From Candidatus Hermodarchaeota archaeon (GTDB lineage: Archaea > Asgardarchaeota > Lokiarchaeia > Sigyniarchaeales > SOKP01), in NCBI GenBank assembly GCA_048885925.1, contig JBHLLG010000005.1, positions 26,867 through 90,866 on the forward strand: a stretch of DNA of 64,000 nucleotides, in the 5' to 3' direction. Positions 1 through 9,202 of the stretch are shown here, piece by piece (within the stretch, counting starts at the first letter, position 1; every line of letters begins with the position of its first letter). The position numbers and the translations under genes were made by a program. The notes under the pieces were generated by a model. The model saw only the letters and a program-made list of their open reading frames with translations. It had not been told where the DNA came from and ran no database searches.

Positions 1-458
1 TTCATAATTTTTTTGAACTTCTTATTTTCTATCTCCTTTTCTTTATTTATATATTTGTGGTTCTTTATTTTTTTAACTTCCTTAAATAAGATCGATTTGG
101 ACCGATGATTCCGTATATTTTCTAATGATTTAATTATACTTACTAAGCAATTATAATCTGTTTCATTTTTAATCGCCCACTTTAAAGGTACTAATGCTTT
201 ATTTAAAAATCGATTATTTATAAATTGTATCGCAGCATTTCTTATTTTTTCGTTTACTTCAGAGATGATAATATTTTCTAAAATTGTAAAAAGTGAATCG
301 TTAAACACACAAATTTTATCTAATATCTGTATCGCATCAAATCTAATACTATCGTCTTCAGAATTCTCTATAAAAGAGACTAGCTGCTCAAAAGCAGCAA
401 ATTTATTGATTTCATTTCCTTCGAATTGCTTAAAAATCTTTTTTGGAGTTAGACTCAT
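1..458 (-). CDS. HEAT-like N-terminus of a probable HEAT+LRR protein (runs off window start)
   Basis: Manual translation from ATG at 458 gives MSLTPKKIFKQF...LENIIISEVNEKIRNAA...ALVPLKWAIKNET, paralogous to the N-termini of 11093-12595 and 16494-17993. Confidence 0.8.
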   Translation of the reverse strand, partial: MSLTPKKIFKQFEGNEINKFAAFEQLVSFIENSEDDSIRFDAIQILDKICVFNDSLFTILENIIISEVNEKIRNAAIQFINNRFLNKALVPLKWAIKNETDYNCLVSIIKSLENIRNHRSKSILFKEVKKIKNHKYINKEKEIENKKFKKIM

Positions 459-679
459 TTTTAAAATTGAATAGATTTGTTAATTTATGGTTAAATGTCA
501 ATTTATTAAATTTAAGAGATATTATATATTTATCTTTTAGCTAACATCGTATATTTGGTATCAATTGAAATAGTCTTTTCAAATAATCCAAACAGTTTAT
601 TCAAATATATTGTATGATAAGGATTAGTTATAAATAATCAAAGTCCTATTATAAATATAATAGATATTAGGGGTTAATT

Positions 680-3004
680 ATGAAAAAAGTATTGAAGATT
701 TCAAACATAGTATGCTGGTTTTTCATCTTAATAGGAATTTTATCTATATATAGTAAAGCAACTCTAAGTTTATCTTCAGATAAAATCCATTTGTCTCAAG
801 AGCAGGAGTTTACTTTTTCAGGAAATTATAATGGAAATATTTCAGTAATGTATTTTGATGAAGGTTCAACATTAAATTCATGGAATAATACTGATTCTGT
901 AACTCAAATTATTCCATTCAATTTCACGAGACATGGTTATGATTATGAATATCAAGTAAGTAGATTAGATATTCGAGCAGATGTTGAACTAGGGGAACTT
1001 CAAAATTTTACAATTGCTAAGAATACATCTCAACAAATAAGTTTAAAACCTGCCTATAGAATTGCCCAAGAATTTACTGCTCCTGAGAACATTACAAAGA
1101 TTGAAGAATTAATGATTTATTTGACGTTCAATTTAAGTTCTACAAATGTAACTTCGTACTACTTAGATCTTTTTATTTATGACGAATTTCTTCAAAATCG
1201 TCTCGATTGGGTATGGGTCTACGATACTAGAAAAGTTGTTGATGATTGGATAATATTTCACCCAAATTATAATAAATTTGAACCTAATAAAAAATACAAT
1301 ATTGCTTTCAGATTCTATCATTTAGATTACCCTAAAAGTCTTTATTGGGATTTTCAATTTGATTTTTGGAAGGCTGAAAATTATACTAATCCTAGTTTTA
1401 ATAAAGGGATTACAAGATACTATAATACTACTAGTGAAAGTGAAGCATATTGGACTCCATTTTCAAACGATACTACGATAGATATGTTATGCAATTTTAC
1501 ATATAAAGAAGAAATTGATTGGACTGAAGTAGGGTTAGAATTAAATATAAACGATGAAAAAGTTATTCCAAATTTTCAAGAGTCTTATTTAACTTTAACC
1601 TATTATATAGATCATCCATTAAGCGAAGATATTAACTTAACTCTTACAAGTAAACAATTATTTAATTTGCTAACACTCTCGATTAATATTTATTATATTT
1701 ATTTAATTAGCGTTAATGGAAGTTATAACGTTGGTGAAGATGGTATTGAATGGACTGTTGAATATTATTATGAGAATATACCATTTGGTTATCCACCTCC
1801 ACAATTTTTATTTGAGAGAGATTGGGATCTTATAAAATTAGAGGATTCTGATGAACAAGAATTGAGAAATATATATTTTGGCCCTACATCATTATATAAC
1901 GAATCCTATTATGGAATTACAACATTTTTTGGTCCCGTCTTAGAAGAAGGGATCTATACAGGATATTTTAATTCACCAAATTATTGCCATTTGATTAGTG
2001 CAAAAGTTAAATCTGGCAATAACTTTGTAATGAAGCCATCTATAGAGTTAGGGCAAATAATTAAATTAGAAGCAGAAATAATAGATCCCTTTAATCAACA
2101 GGTATCTGGAGGAACTGGGAATCTTATGTTATTATCTCCCTCTGGAGACATAATTTATAATGAGACTGGTTTAACATCTATAAATGGAAGTGTAAGTAGC
2201 TTGGAAATACCAATTTCATCAAACTTCGGTAAAGGAATATATGAAGCAATAATATTTTGGACAAATGGAAAAGAAATAGCGTATCACACTATACAAATTA
2301 TCGTTGTGGCTCCTGTTAATATTATATTTTGGGTGATTTTATCAATAATTATAACTGCAGCTTCTACTCCTCTTGCTCTGGTAGCTCGAAAGTATATTAG
2401 ACAAAGAAATTGGCAAAAATCCTTGAGAAATTTATTTGTCTTTACCAAAGATGGTTTGAGTTTATATGAATATTCCTTTGGTATTGAAATACAAGATCCT
2501 GCTCTTATTTCAGCTATGATTTCCGCATTAACTAATTTTGTGAGGGAAGCAACGGGAAGCAAGGAAGCATTAAGAGCAATAGATCAAGAAGATAAAAAGA
2601 TGATTTTATATCATGGTAATCATACTACAATAGCCATGATGTCCGACAAAGACCTACCAATAATCCATAAGCGTGTAAAAAAATTTTCTGAGATTTTTGA
2701 AGGAGAATTTGATTTAAAATTGAAACATTGGGATGGAGAAACAACTGCTTTTAAGGGTGCTGAAATTATGGTCAATAAATGCTTTCCTATAGATGTTGAG
2801 CGCCAAATAATTCATGGTGTAAGAGGGAAACTTATTGAATTTAGAAATATACTTGAAACAATGGCCGAATCGAGGGAAATTATATCATTAATACGTGAAA
2901 TAACAGACTTTATTTCCCGGTATCGAGCAATTGTAAATACATATTACATTGATTACTATTTTGAAATAATTAAAATTGCTGAAGAAAAAATATCAGTAGC
3001 TTGA
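680..3004 (+). CDS. Single-pass membrane protein: signal/anchor, large extracellular region, TM helix, cytoplasmic longin/roadblock-like domain
   Basis: Hydrophobic N-terminus, many N-x-S/T sequons, TM IIFWVILSIIITAASTPLALV, C-terminal LFVFTKDGLSLYEYSF...LISAMISALTNFVRE pattern typical of Asgard longin-like domains. Confidence 0.7.
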   Translation: MKKVLKISNIVCWFFILIGILSIYSKATLSLSSDKIHLSQEQEFTFSGNYNGNISVMYFDEGSTLNSWNNTDSVTQIIPFNFTRHGYDYEYQVSRLDIRADVELGELQNFTIAKNTSQQISLKPAYRIAQEFTAPENITKIEELMIYLTFNLSSTNVTSYYLDLFIYDEFLQNRLDWVWVYDTRKVVDDWIIFHPNYNKFEPNKKYNIAFRFYHLDYPKSLYWDFQFDFWKAENYTNPSFNKGITRYYNTTSESEAYWTPFSNDTTIDMLCNFTYKEEIDWTEVGLELNINDEKVIPNFQESYLTLTYYIDHPLSEDINLTLTSKQLFNLLTLSINIYYIYLISVNGSYNVGEDGIEWTVEYYYENIPFGYPPPQFLFERDWDLIKLEDSDEQELRNIYFGPTSLYNESYYGITTFFGPVLEEGIYTGYFNSPNYCHLISAKVKSGNNFVMKPSIELGQIIKLEAEIIDPFNQQVSGGTGNLMLLSPSGDIIYNETGLTSINGSVSSLEIPISSNFGKGIYEAIIFWTNGKEIAYHTIQIIVVAPVNIIFWVILSIIITAASTPLALVARKYIRQRNWQKSLRNLFVFTKDGLSLYEYSFGIEIQDPALISAMISALTNFVREATGSKEALRAIDQEDKKMILYHGNHTTIAMMSDKDLPIIHKRVKKFSEIFEGEFDLKLKHWDGETTAFKGAEIMVNKCFPIDVERQIIHGVRGKLIEFRNILETMAESREIISLIREITDFISRYRAIVNTYYIDYYFEIIKIAEEKISVA

Positions 3005-3025
3005 TTTTTTTTCTAAATATATAAT

Positions 3026-5506
3026 TTAGTCTAAATCAATATTGAAAGAAAGATAATTAGTGAATTGTACATTGATATTCCAAAGATTTTCTTTTGGTTC
3101 GATTTGGTAATATTTATAATCTGTTTTAATAATTTTCATACCTTTTGGAAGCTTTACTATAATAGTTCCTTCTCTTTTTCCTTTTAATTCAATTTTAATT
3201 TTCAGTTGTTTCAATTCAAAATTATACTCAAATTGTTTTATTTCACAACATCCCTGAGTTATGTGCAGGTTTGAAGATATTAAAATGGGAGAATTAATTT
3301 TTCTTTCGTTTACAGGAATAATTGTTAAATAGCTGCAAGAATGTGGATTTATTCCTCTAATTGTAAAAATGTCATCATAATTAATTTCTCCAAGAAATTT
3401 ATTATTCCAAAAATCATAGAGATAGAATATTCTTTCGTTTTTCAATAAATTTGGAATTAAGTCTAAGATTTTTAATTCTTTAAAGGCTATACTATCGTCC
3501 CAATTTATTATTGCTACAAGATATCTTTTTCCAATAATCTCTTTTGTTTCTAGCATATAGATGGTTGGCAATTCTGAAATAAAGGCATCAATAACAATTG
3601 GATCATTGTCTTTCGGATTGTAAGGGGGGATAAGAAGCTTAGCATCATTAATTTCATCTCTAGATAATTTTGTCATATCATCAGATATTAAGATTTGTCC
3701 CCCAGATAATCCAAAAATAGTCATTTGTAATCGAATTTCATCAATATTTAATTTTGTATCACTTCTCCTAATCATTAAACAATCGGGATCATTTATCCAA
3801 AAATATCTATGCATAAATGACCTATATAATGTGTTTAATAATGCTGCTTTTAAAGAAATATCTGCGATCCCTCTACCATTTTCAAATTTTTCGATAAAAT
3901 CAGAATTCCAAAGAGGAGCCGTATCACAACTTATACGCATAGCATTAACTAATCCTACACAAGGTCCCAAAGGTGCACCACATCCTAATAAAAAGGAATT
4001 ATCTGAAATTGCGTCTCTTATTATTTTTACAGCGTTGTATAATAGTTGTGCTCTCGTAAATTTTGGATTTGTATAATCAGCACTATAAGGGGTAGCAGCG
4101 TGAAGAAAATCAATCTTGAAGAAATTAATTAGTGGATTATTATTATCAGCCTTACCCTTTTTAAAAGCATTTAAAAGATTGGAAAAAAAAAGTTTCAAAA
4201 AATCCAATACTTCCTCGTTTGATAAATCAATAGTGTATTCAAACGAATTCCAATTAAAAAGTACGGGGAGTAAGTTATTATTTTTTGTTAAAAACCAATC
4301 TCGGTGTTCTCGAAAGAATTGAGATCTCTTAATAGCAATAAATGGTGCTGTCCAAATACCACCTTTAAATCCTAACTTTTTTATATATTCGAATAACCAA
4401 GGTAATCCATCAGGAAATTTTTCATTTAAATTTGCAAAATCGCCAATTTTAGTGAAATATCCATCATCTAATTGAATAAAATCGATTGGCATATCAGTAT
4501 GGTGTTGAAAAAATTCCAAGTTTTTGACCATTTCGTCTTGTGAGATATTGGTAAAATAATAATACCAACTGCACCAACCTATAGGTATTTTTTGGATTAT
4601 AGTTTCTTTCAGATTTTTATTAACAACTTTAGCATAATCAATTAATCCATAATAACCATTATTATTCTTTTTAAAACAAATGAATAATTCCTCTGAAGAA
4701 TTGATATTACTTTTATTAAAACTAATGTTATCCATACAGCCAAATGCAATTAATAGGCGTATTTCATTCATTCCACCATAATCAAGAATTATTCTTGAAA
4801 ATTGATCTTTTAATGACACAAAACCAAGAACCAATGAATTTTTTGAATTAGAATCTGTAATGACAGTACAATATTCGCTGTAGAATCTTCCTTCAATTTT
4901 GTAATCTTGATTGTCATAAATCATTTTAAGGATTTCTGTAGATGAACCTTGAGTATCTTTTTCTTTCCCAAAAAACAATCCACAAGAACTCCAACTTTGC
5001 CACCCATTTTTAAACCAAGTAATATTATGTAAATTTGTTGGTTTAGAACCTCCAAACAGCCATAATAAACCATTTTTCATTGTTAATGGAGATATACTGT
5101 GTACAGATAGTTGGTTTTGGCTTTTATCTAAAATATCAATTAATTTTACCAATATGAAATCTTTATTTTTATAAATTTTAAACTGAATTTTAAATAATAT
5201 GTCGTGAATTTCATTATTTATAGGTTCAAAGGTAATCTTCAATCCATTTCCTAACAGATCTTTGATATTTTCAATATTGCTTTTAAAATTATACGTATTT
5301 GAGGTAACTTCTATTAAAGTTTCTTGTTTTTGAGAATAAAAGTTTATTGAAGTATAACAATCTTTAATTTGACATTCTACTAATTTTTTGTTCGTTAAGA
5401 TTATCTCATATTTCCCTTTATTTTCTCCTTTTTTATAAAATTTTATTCCAATTATACCATTAAAGGCTTCAAATGTTTCTTCATTATCGTTGATTGTCTC
5501 AATCAT
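3026..5506 (-). CDS. Alpha-galactosidase, glycoside hydrolase family 36
   Basis: GWCSWYYY, IQLDDGY, FKIDF, MRISCD and WINDPDCL motifs. Confidence 0.88.
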   Translation of the reverse strand: MIETINDNEETFEAFNGIIGIKFYKKGENKGKYEIILTNKKLVECQIKDCYTSINFYSQKQETLIEVTSNTYNFKSNIENIKDLLGNGLKITFEPINNEIHDILFKIQFKIYKNKDFILVKLIDILDKSQNQLSVHSISPLTMKNGLLWLFGGSKPTNLHNITWFKNGWQSWSSCGLFFGKEKDTQGSSTEILKMIYDNQDYKIEGRFYSEYCTVITDSNSKNSLVLGFVSLKDQFSRIILDYGGMNEIRLLIAFGCMDNISFNKSNINSSEELFICFKKNNNGYYGLIDYAKVVNKNLKETIIQKIPIGWCSWYYYFTNISQDEMVKNLEFFQHHTDMPIDFIQLDDGYFTKIGDFANLNEKFPDGLPWLFEYIKKLGFKGGIWTAPFIAIKRSQFFREHRDWFLTKNNNLLPVLFNWNSFEYTIDLSNEEVLDFLKLFFSNLLNAFKKGKADNNNPLINFFKIDFLHAATPYSADYTNPKFTRAQLLYNAVKIIRDAISDNSFLLGCGAPLGPCVGLVNAMRISCDTAPLWNSDFIEKFENGRGIADISLKAALLNTLYRSFMHRYFWINDPDCLMIRRSDTKLNIDEIRLQMTIFGLSGGQILISDDMTKLSRDEINDAKLLIPPYNPKDNDPIVIDAFISELPTIYMLETKEIIGKRYLVAIINWDDSIAFKELKILDLIPNLLKNERIFYLYDFWNNKFLGEINYDDIFTIRGINPHSCSYLTIIPVNERKINSPILISSNLHITQGCCEIKQFEYNFELKQLKIKIELKGKREGTIIVKLPKGMKIIKTDYKYYQIEPKENLWNINVQFTNYLSFNIDLD

Positions 5507-5604
5507 AATGGAAAATATTATATTTTTGTTTCTAATTGAATTAATTAATAGTTAATGAATATAACTAATTTATGGTAAAAAAAACCTTGAAATGAATAAG
5601 AAGT

Positions 5605-6789
5605 TTAATCAAAATTAAAAGGAGGGAATTTCTTTCTTTTAGAAAATTTTTCCTTTAAAGTGTTCTTTAACTCATTAAAGGGTTTTAAGTTACCTGAAAA
5701 GGCATTATTCGCCTTTTCATTAATATCAGAATCTAATATTTGTTCAACTTGGCTTATATTTCCTAGATTTCCCTCTGAGAGCATTGAAAGGAAATAATCA
5801 TTTTGATATTTCTTAAAAGTTAAAAATCGATATCTTTGAAAACCCAATTTCACTGCTATCCACCTAGGTATAGCACCCGTATTTCCCTGTGTATTAGCCG
5901 CAATTGCTTCGATCCTTGCAGTGAGCATTGATTCCTTCATTTCTTTTTCTTCATCTGGATCATCAAATTTACCAAGAGAATCAATTTTTAAGTTTTCTTC
6001 ACCTAGTAAAAGTGATATTACTCCGATAGACATTGATGATAATCCAATATAATCTATTCTTATCGTATTTTCTACATATGGGATTTCTTGATCAGTAAAA
6101 ACCTCCTGTAATTTTACATATTGTTCCAATATAAATTTCGTTCGTCGTTTAAATTCTAGTTCAATATTATGTTTTTCAAATTTTTCTAAATTCTCTACAT
6201 CTTTACCGTCCAGTATTTCTGAGAAGTGATTTGACATCTGTTCCAAGACCCATTTTCCTTTCTTATCGGGAAATTTTCCATAAACAAGATAAATTATTTT
6301 GTTTTTTTCATAAAATTGGCATTTTTCTTCTTTCTGTTTATCTATGGAAATCAAAAGCATTTTATCGAGGTCCCCTTCTAGAACACCTGTAGCTATGAAA
6401 TCTAAATTATTTGTTAATTCCAATAAATAGGAATACTTATCATTGCTACAATAAAGTTGAGTTCTTTCTACAGAAGTAATACCCATTAATTTTATGTATT
6501 CTCCTCTCTTTAGTTTAATCTTATCAATTTCCAATGAAATATCTAAAGGTTTTTCTTTTACTTTCACTTTACCTTTATATTTTGAAGATAACGTTGTTGT
6601 CGTGGTTTCAAATTCTTTAGGAGTAAGTTTTTCATCTTTTTCTGTTGTTAAATCAAATAATTCTACTATAAATTTCTTACATTTGGGGCATAACTGATCT
6701 TTTGGATAAGGTTTTGCTATTATATATCTGCAAAATGGACATTCAACCTTATCCTGGCGTTTATTTGAATGGAAAAAAATGTTAGAAAT
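5605..6789 (-). CDS. Zn-ribbon plus probable tandem longin/roadblock-like protein; start probably ATT at 6789 (track starts at GTG 6567)
   Basis: Frame stays open upstream of 6567 through CPFC-x12-CPKC to ATT at 6789, bounded by TAA; AGGTGAG lies 9 nt upstream. Confidence 0.6.
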   Translation of the reverse strand: MSNIFFHSNKRQDKVECPFCRYIIAKPYPKDQLCPKCKKFIVELFDLTTEKDEKLTPKEFETTTTTLSSKYKGKVKVKEKPLDISLEIDKIKLKRGEYIKLMGITSVERTQLYCSNDKYSYLLELTNNLDFIATGVLEGDLDKMLLISIDKQKEEKCQFYEKNKIIYLVYGKFPDKKGKWVLEQMSNHFSEILDGKDVENLEKFEKHNIELEFKRRTKFILEQYVKLQEVFTDQEIPYVENTIRIDYIGLSSMSIGVISLLLGEENLKIDSLGKFDDPDEEKEMKESMLTARIEAIAANTQGNTGAIPRWIAVKLGFQRYRFLTFKKYQNDYFLSMLSEGNLGNISQVEQILDSDINEKANNAFSGNLKPFNELKNTLKEKFSKRKKFPPFNFD

Positions 6790-6835
6790 TTATATCAACT
6801 CACCTAGTAATTAGAGTTATATTAAAATAAAGAGA

Positions 6836-7921
6836 TTATAAATATTTATTTACTATTATCCGAAATGCACCAAGAAATTTATTATTATCTTCCTTAGTTC
6901 CTATCGTAATTCTTATATAATTATATAAGCCAGGTTTGCTTAAATGTCGAACTAAAATTTTCATTTCCTTTAATTCCCATACAAATTTTAATGTTTTAGA
7001 TTTATCATCAAATTTTAAAAGAATAAAATTTGCATCAGAAGGTAGAACACTAATTCCATTATATTTATTTAATTCTTCAGTAAGTCTTTTCCTTTCTTCC
7101 AATATTGATTTATTTTGTTCAATTATCTTTTGATTATACTTAATACTTGACAAAGCTGCAACTTGCCCTAAATAATTAGTATTATATGGCAATTTTACCT
7201 GATTCATTTCCTTGATTATTTTAGGATCGGCTAAAGCATAGCCTATTCTTAGAGATGCTAATGAGAAGCTTTGAGAAAAAGATCTATATACAATTAAGTT
7301 TTTTGTTTTTTTCAACAACGGTAAACAAGTTTGGGTTGAAAAATCTCCGTAAGTTTCATCAACAACTACTATACCTTGAAAACTACCACAGAGTTTTAAA
7401 ATTGAGGCATTTCCAAAGGATTTTCCATTTGGATCATTGGGCGAATTAATAATCATTAATTTTCCTTTAGTGGAATAAGCATTATCAGGTATAGAAAAAT
7501 CCTCATTAAGTTGAATTTCATTAATTTTAGCATTATAAAGTGTTGCTAATACTTTATTTAAGCCATATGAGGGGTAAAATATGACTATTTCATCGCCTGG
7601 GTCAATAAAAACTTTGAAAATAACATCTAAGATTTCATCTGAGCCATTTCCAATAAAAATTGAATTTCGATTAGTAAGTGTATCTTTATCTCTTAATAAA
7701 ACATTTAAAATCTCTTTTCGTAGTTCAAAAGAAGTATTATCTGGATAGAGTCTAATTTTATCATTAACAGCGCCTTTTATATCATTCAATACCTCTGGTA
7801 TAGGTGGAAAGGGATTTTCATTAGTATTTAATTTAACCCATCCATCTTCTGTTGGTTGTTCAACTGGTTCATAAGCGGAATATTTTCTGAGATGTTCTCT
7901 TATCAATTTATTTAATTCCAT
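6836..7921 (-). CDS. hisC: Histidinol-phosphate aminotransferase (HisC)-like protein with Gln at the PLP-lysine position
   Basis: KLNTNENPF, GNGSDE, PSDANFIL and YIRITIG motifs; RSFSQ instead of R(T/S)FSK. Confidence 0.75.
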   Translation of the reverse strand: MELNKLIREHLRKYSAYEPVEQPTEDGWVKLNTNENPFPPIPEVLNDIKGAVNDKIRLYPDNTSFELRKEILNVLLRDKDTLTNRNSIFIGNGSDEILDVIFKVFIDPGDEIVIFYPSYGLNKVLATLYNAKINEIQLNEDFSIPDNAYSTKGKLMIINSPNDPNGKSFGNASILKLCGSFQGIVVVDETYGDFSTQTCLPLLKKTKNLIVYRSFSQSFSLASLRIGYALADPKIIKEMNQVKLPYNTNYLGQVAALSSIKYNQKIIEQNKSILEERKRLTEELNKYNGISVLPSDANFILLKFDDKSKTLKFVWELKEMKILVRHLSKPGLYNYIRITIGTKEDNNKFLGAFRIIVNKYL

Positions 7922-8225
7922 TTCTGTACCCTTTTGTAAATTTTAAAAATATGATTATTTAAGTGAATTTCTCAAAAAAATAATAATTTAAATATTTATT
8001 TGTTAAAATTTATTCTTTATCTTTTAATTTCTAGATTTTAGGTTTTATTATAATTTATAAATTTTAATTACCAAATCTCAAATTTTTTTTTTTAATAAAA
8101 TCTTAAATTATATGAAAATCTAAATTATTTCCTTCATTCAAAAAAAAACTTCGAAAACTCAATTTTTAAATTTATTAACACTATTTTATTTATAATATAA
8201 AGTAATGATAAAATATATTGAATAG

Positions 8226-9116
8226 GTGATTAAAATCGCTTCATACGCGTTAATGTTCGATGCTCGCCCAGGAGGAGAAATTGTTCCAATCCAGTGGAGT
8301 AAAGACAGTTTCATGCCGGAAACATCAATTATCGTTTTGGATGAGGATAGTGAATCTGTGTTTCTCTGGCATGGCACTAAGCAAGGATTAGTTGCTAGAA
8401 GAACAGCTCTTAGGCAAGCAGAATCTCTTAAGGGTCATGGATATACTGTTGGCAAAAGTATAATAGGTCGTGATATAAAATATATAAAAGAAATTGATGC
8501 TCGAAAAGTCGGAAAAGTTCCAGAAGATACACAAATGAATGATGAACTTCAAGAAATTTTAAATAGAAATTACACCGCATTAGATAATTTCATTGTAACT
8601 TTTCAAGTTAGAGAAGTTGCGCCTGTAGCTGTGAAAAAACCAGCCCCTAAAATGGAAATAAAACCTGCTCCAAGTCCTATTGCAACAAAGAAGGAAGAAG
8701 TAAAAACTACTCCAACCCCTGCAGTGGCACCTACACCTAAGCCTGTGACTACAACACCTGCTATTCCAGCAAAGATTAAAGAAGCAGGTTCAGAATATGA
8801 TGTGTCTGAACCATTGCCTTCAATTAAACCAGAGACAAAAATAGCTCCAGCAATAAAAATTTCACCCAAAGATCTAATTACTGATGCGAAAGTAGCTTTT
8901 GTCTTTAGTGCTATATTAGAACATTATGATGATATTTGGATTTCAAAAAAATCTGATGGAAGTTTTGCGGTTGAGCAAATGGATGGTCCAATTTGCCAAT
9001 TTTCAATTAAGGAAGGTTCAAAATTGAATTTTACGGCAAATTCCTTCTCCGGAGTGGACCCTAAGATAAAGACAGCAATACAAAAGAAGTTTATTGAGCT
9101 AAGTAAATTATTATAA
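8226..9116 (+). CDS. Asgard gelsolin-domain protein (single gelsolin-like domain, P/A/T/K-rich linker, C-terminal domain)
   Basis: IIVLDEDSESVFLWHG...RRTALRQAESL resembles the gelsolin/villin core; low-complexity linker follows. Confidence 0.65.
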   Translation: MIKIASYALMFDARPGGEIVPIQWSKDSFMPETSIIVLDEDSESVFLWHGTKQGLVARRTALRQAESLKGHGYTVGKSIIGRDIKYIKEIDARKVGKVPEDTQMNDELQEILNRNYTALDNFIVTFQVREVAPVAVKKPAPKMEIKPAPSPIATKKEEVKTTPTPAVAPTPKPVTTTPAIPAKIKEAGSEYDVSEPLPSIKPETKIAPAIKISPKDLITDAKVAFVFSAILEHYDDIWISKKSDGSFAVEQMDGPICQFSIKEGSKLNFTANSFSGVDPKIKTAIQKKFIELSKLL

Positions 9117-9202
9117 TTTTTATTATATTTTTTATTATATTCTTTTTTATTATTTATTAGATTTGAGAAGAGAATTTCGTCTTTATTTTAAATAATATTA
9201 AA

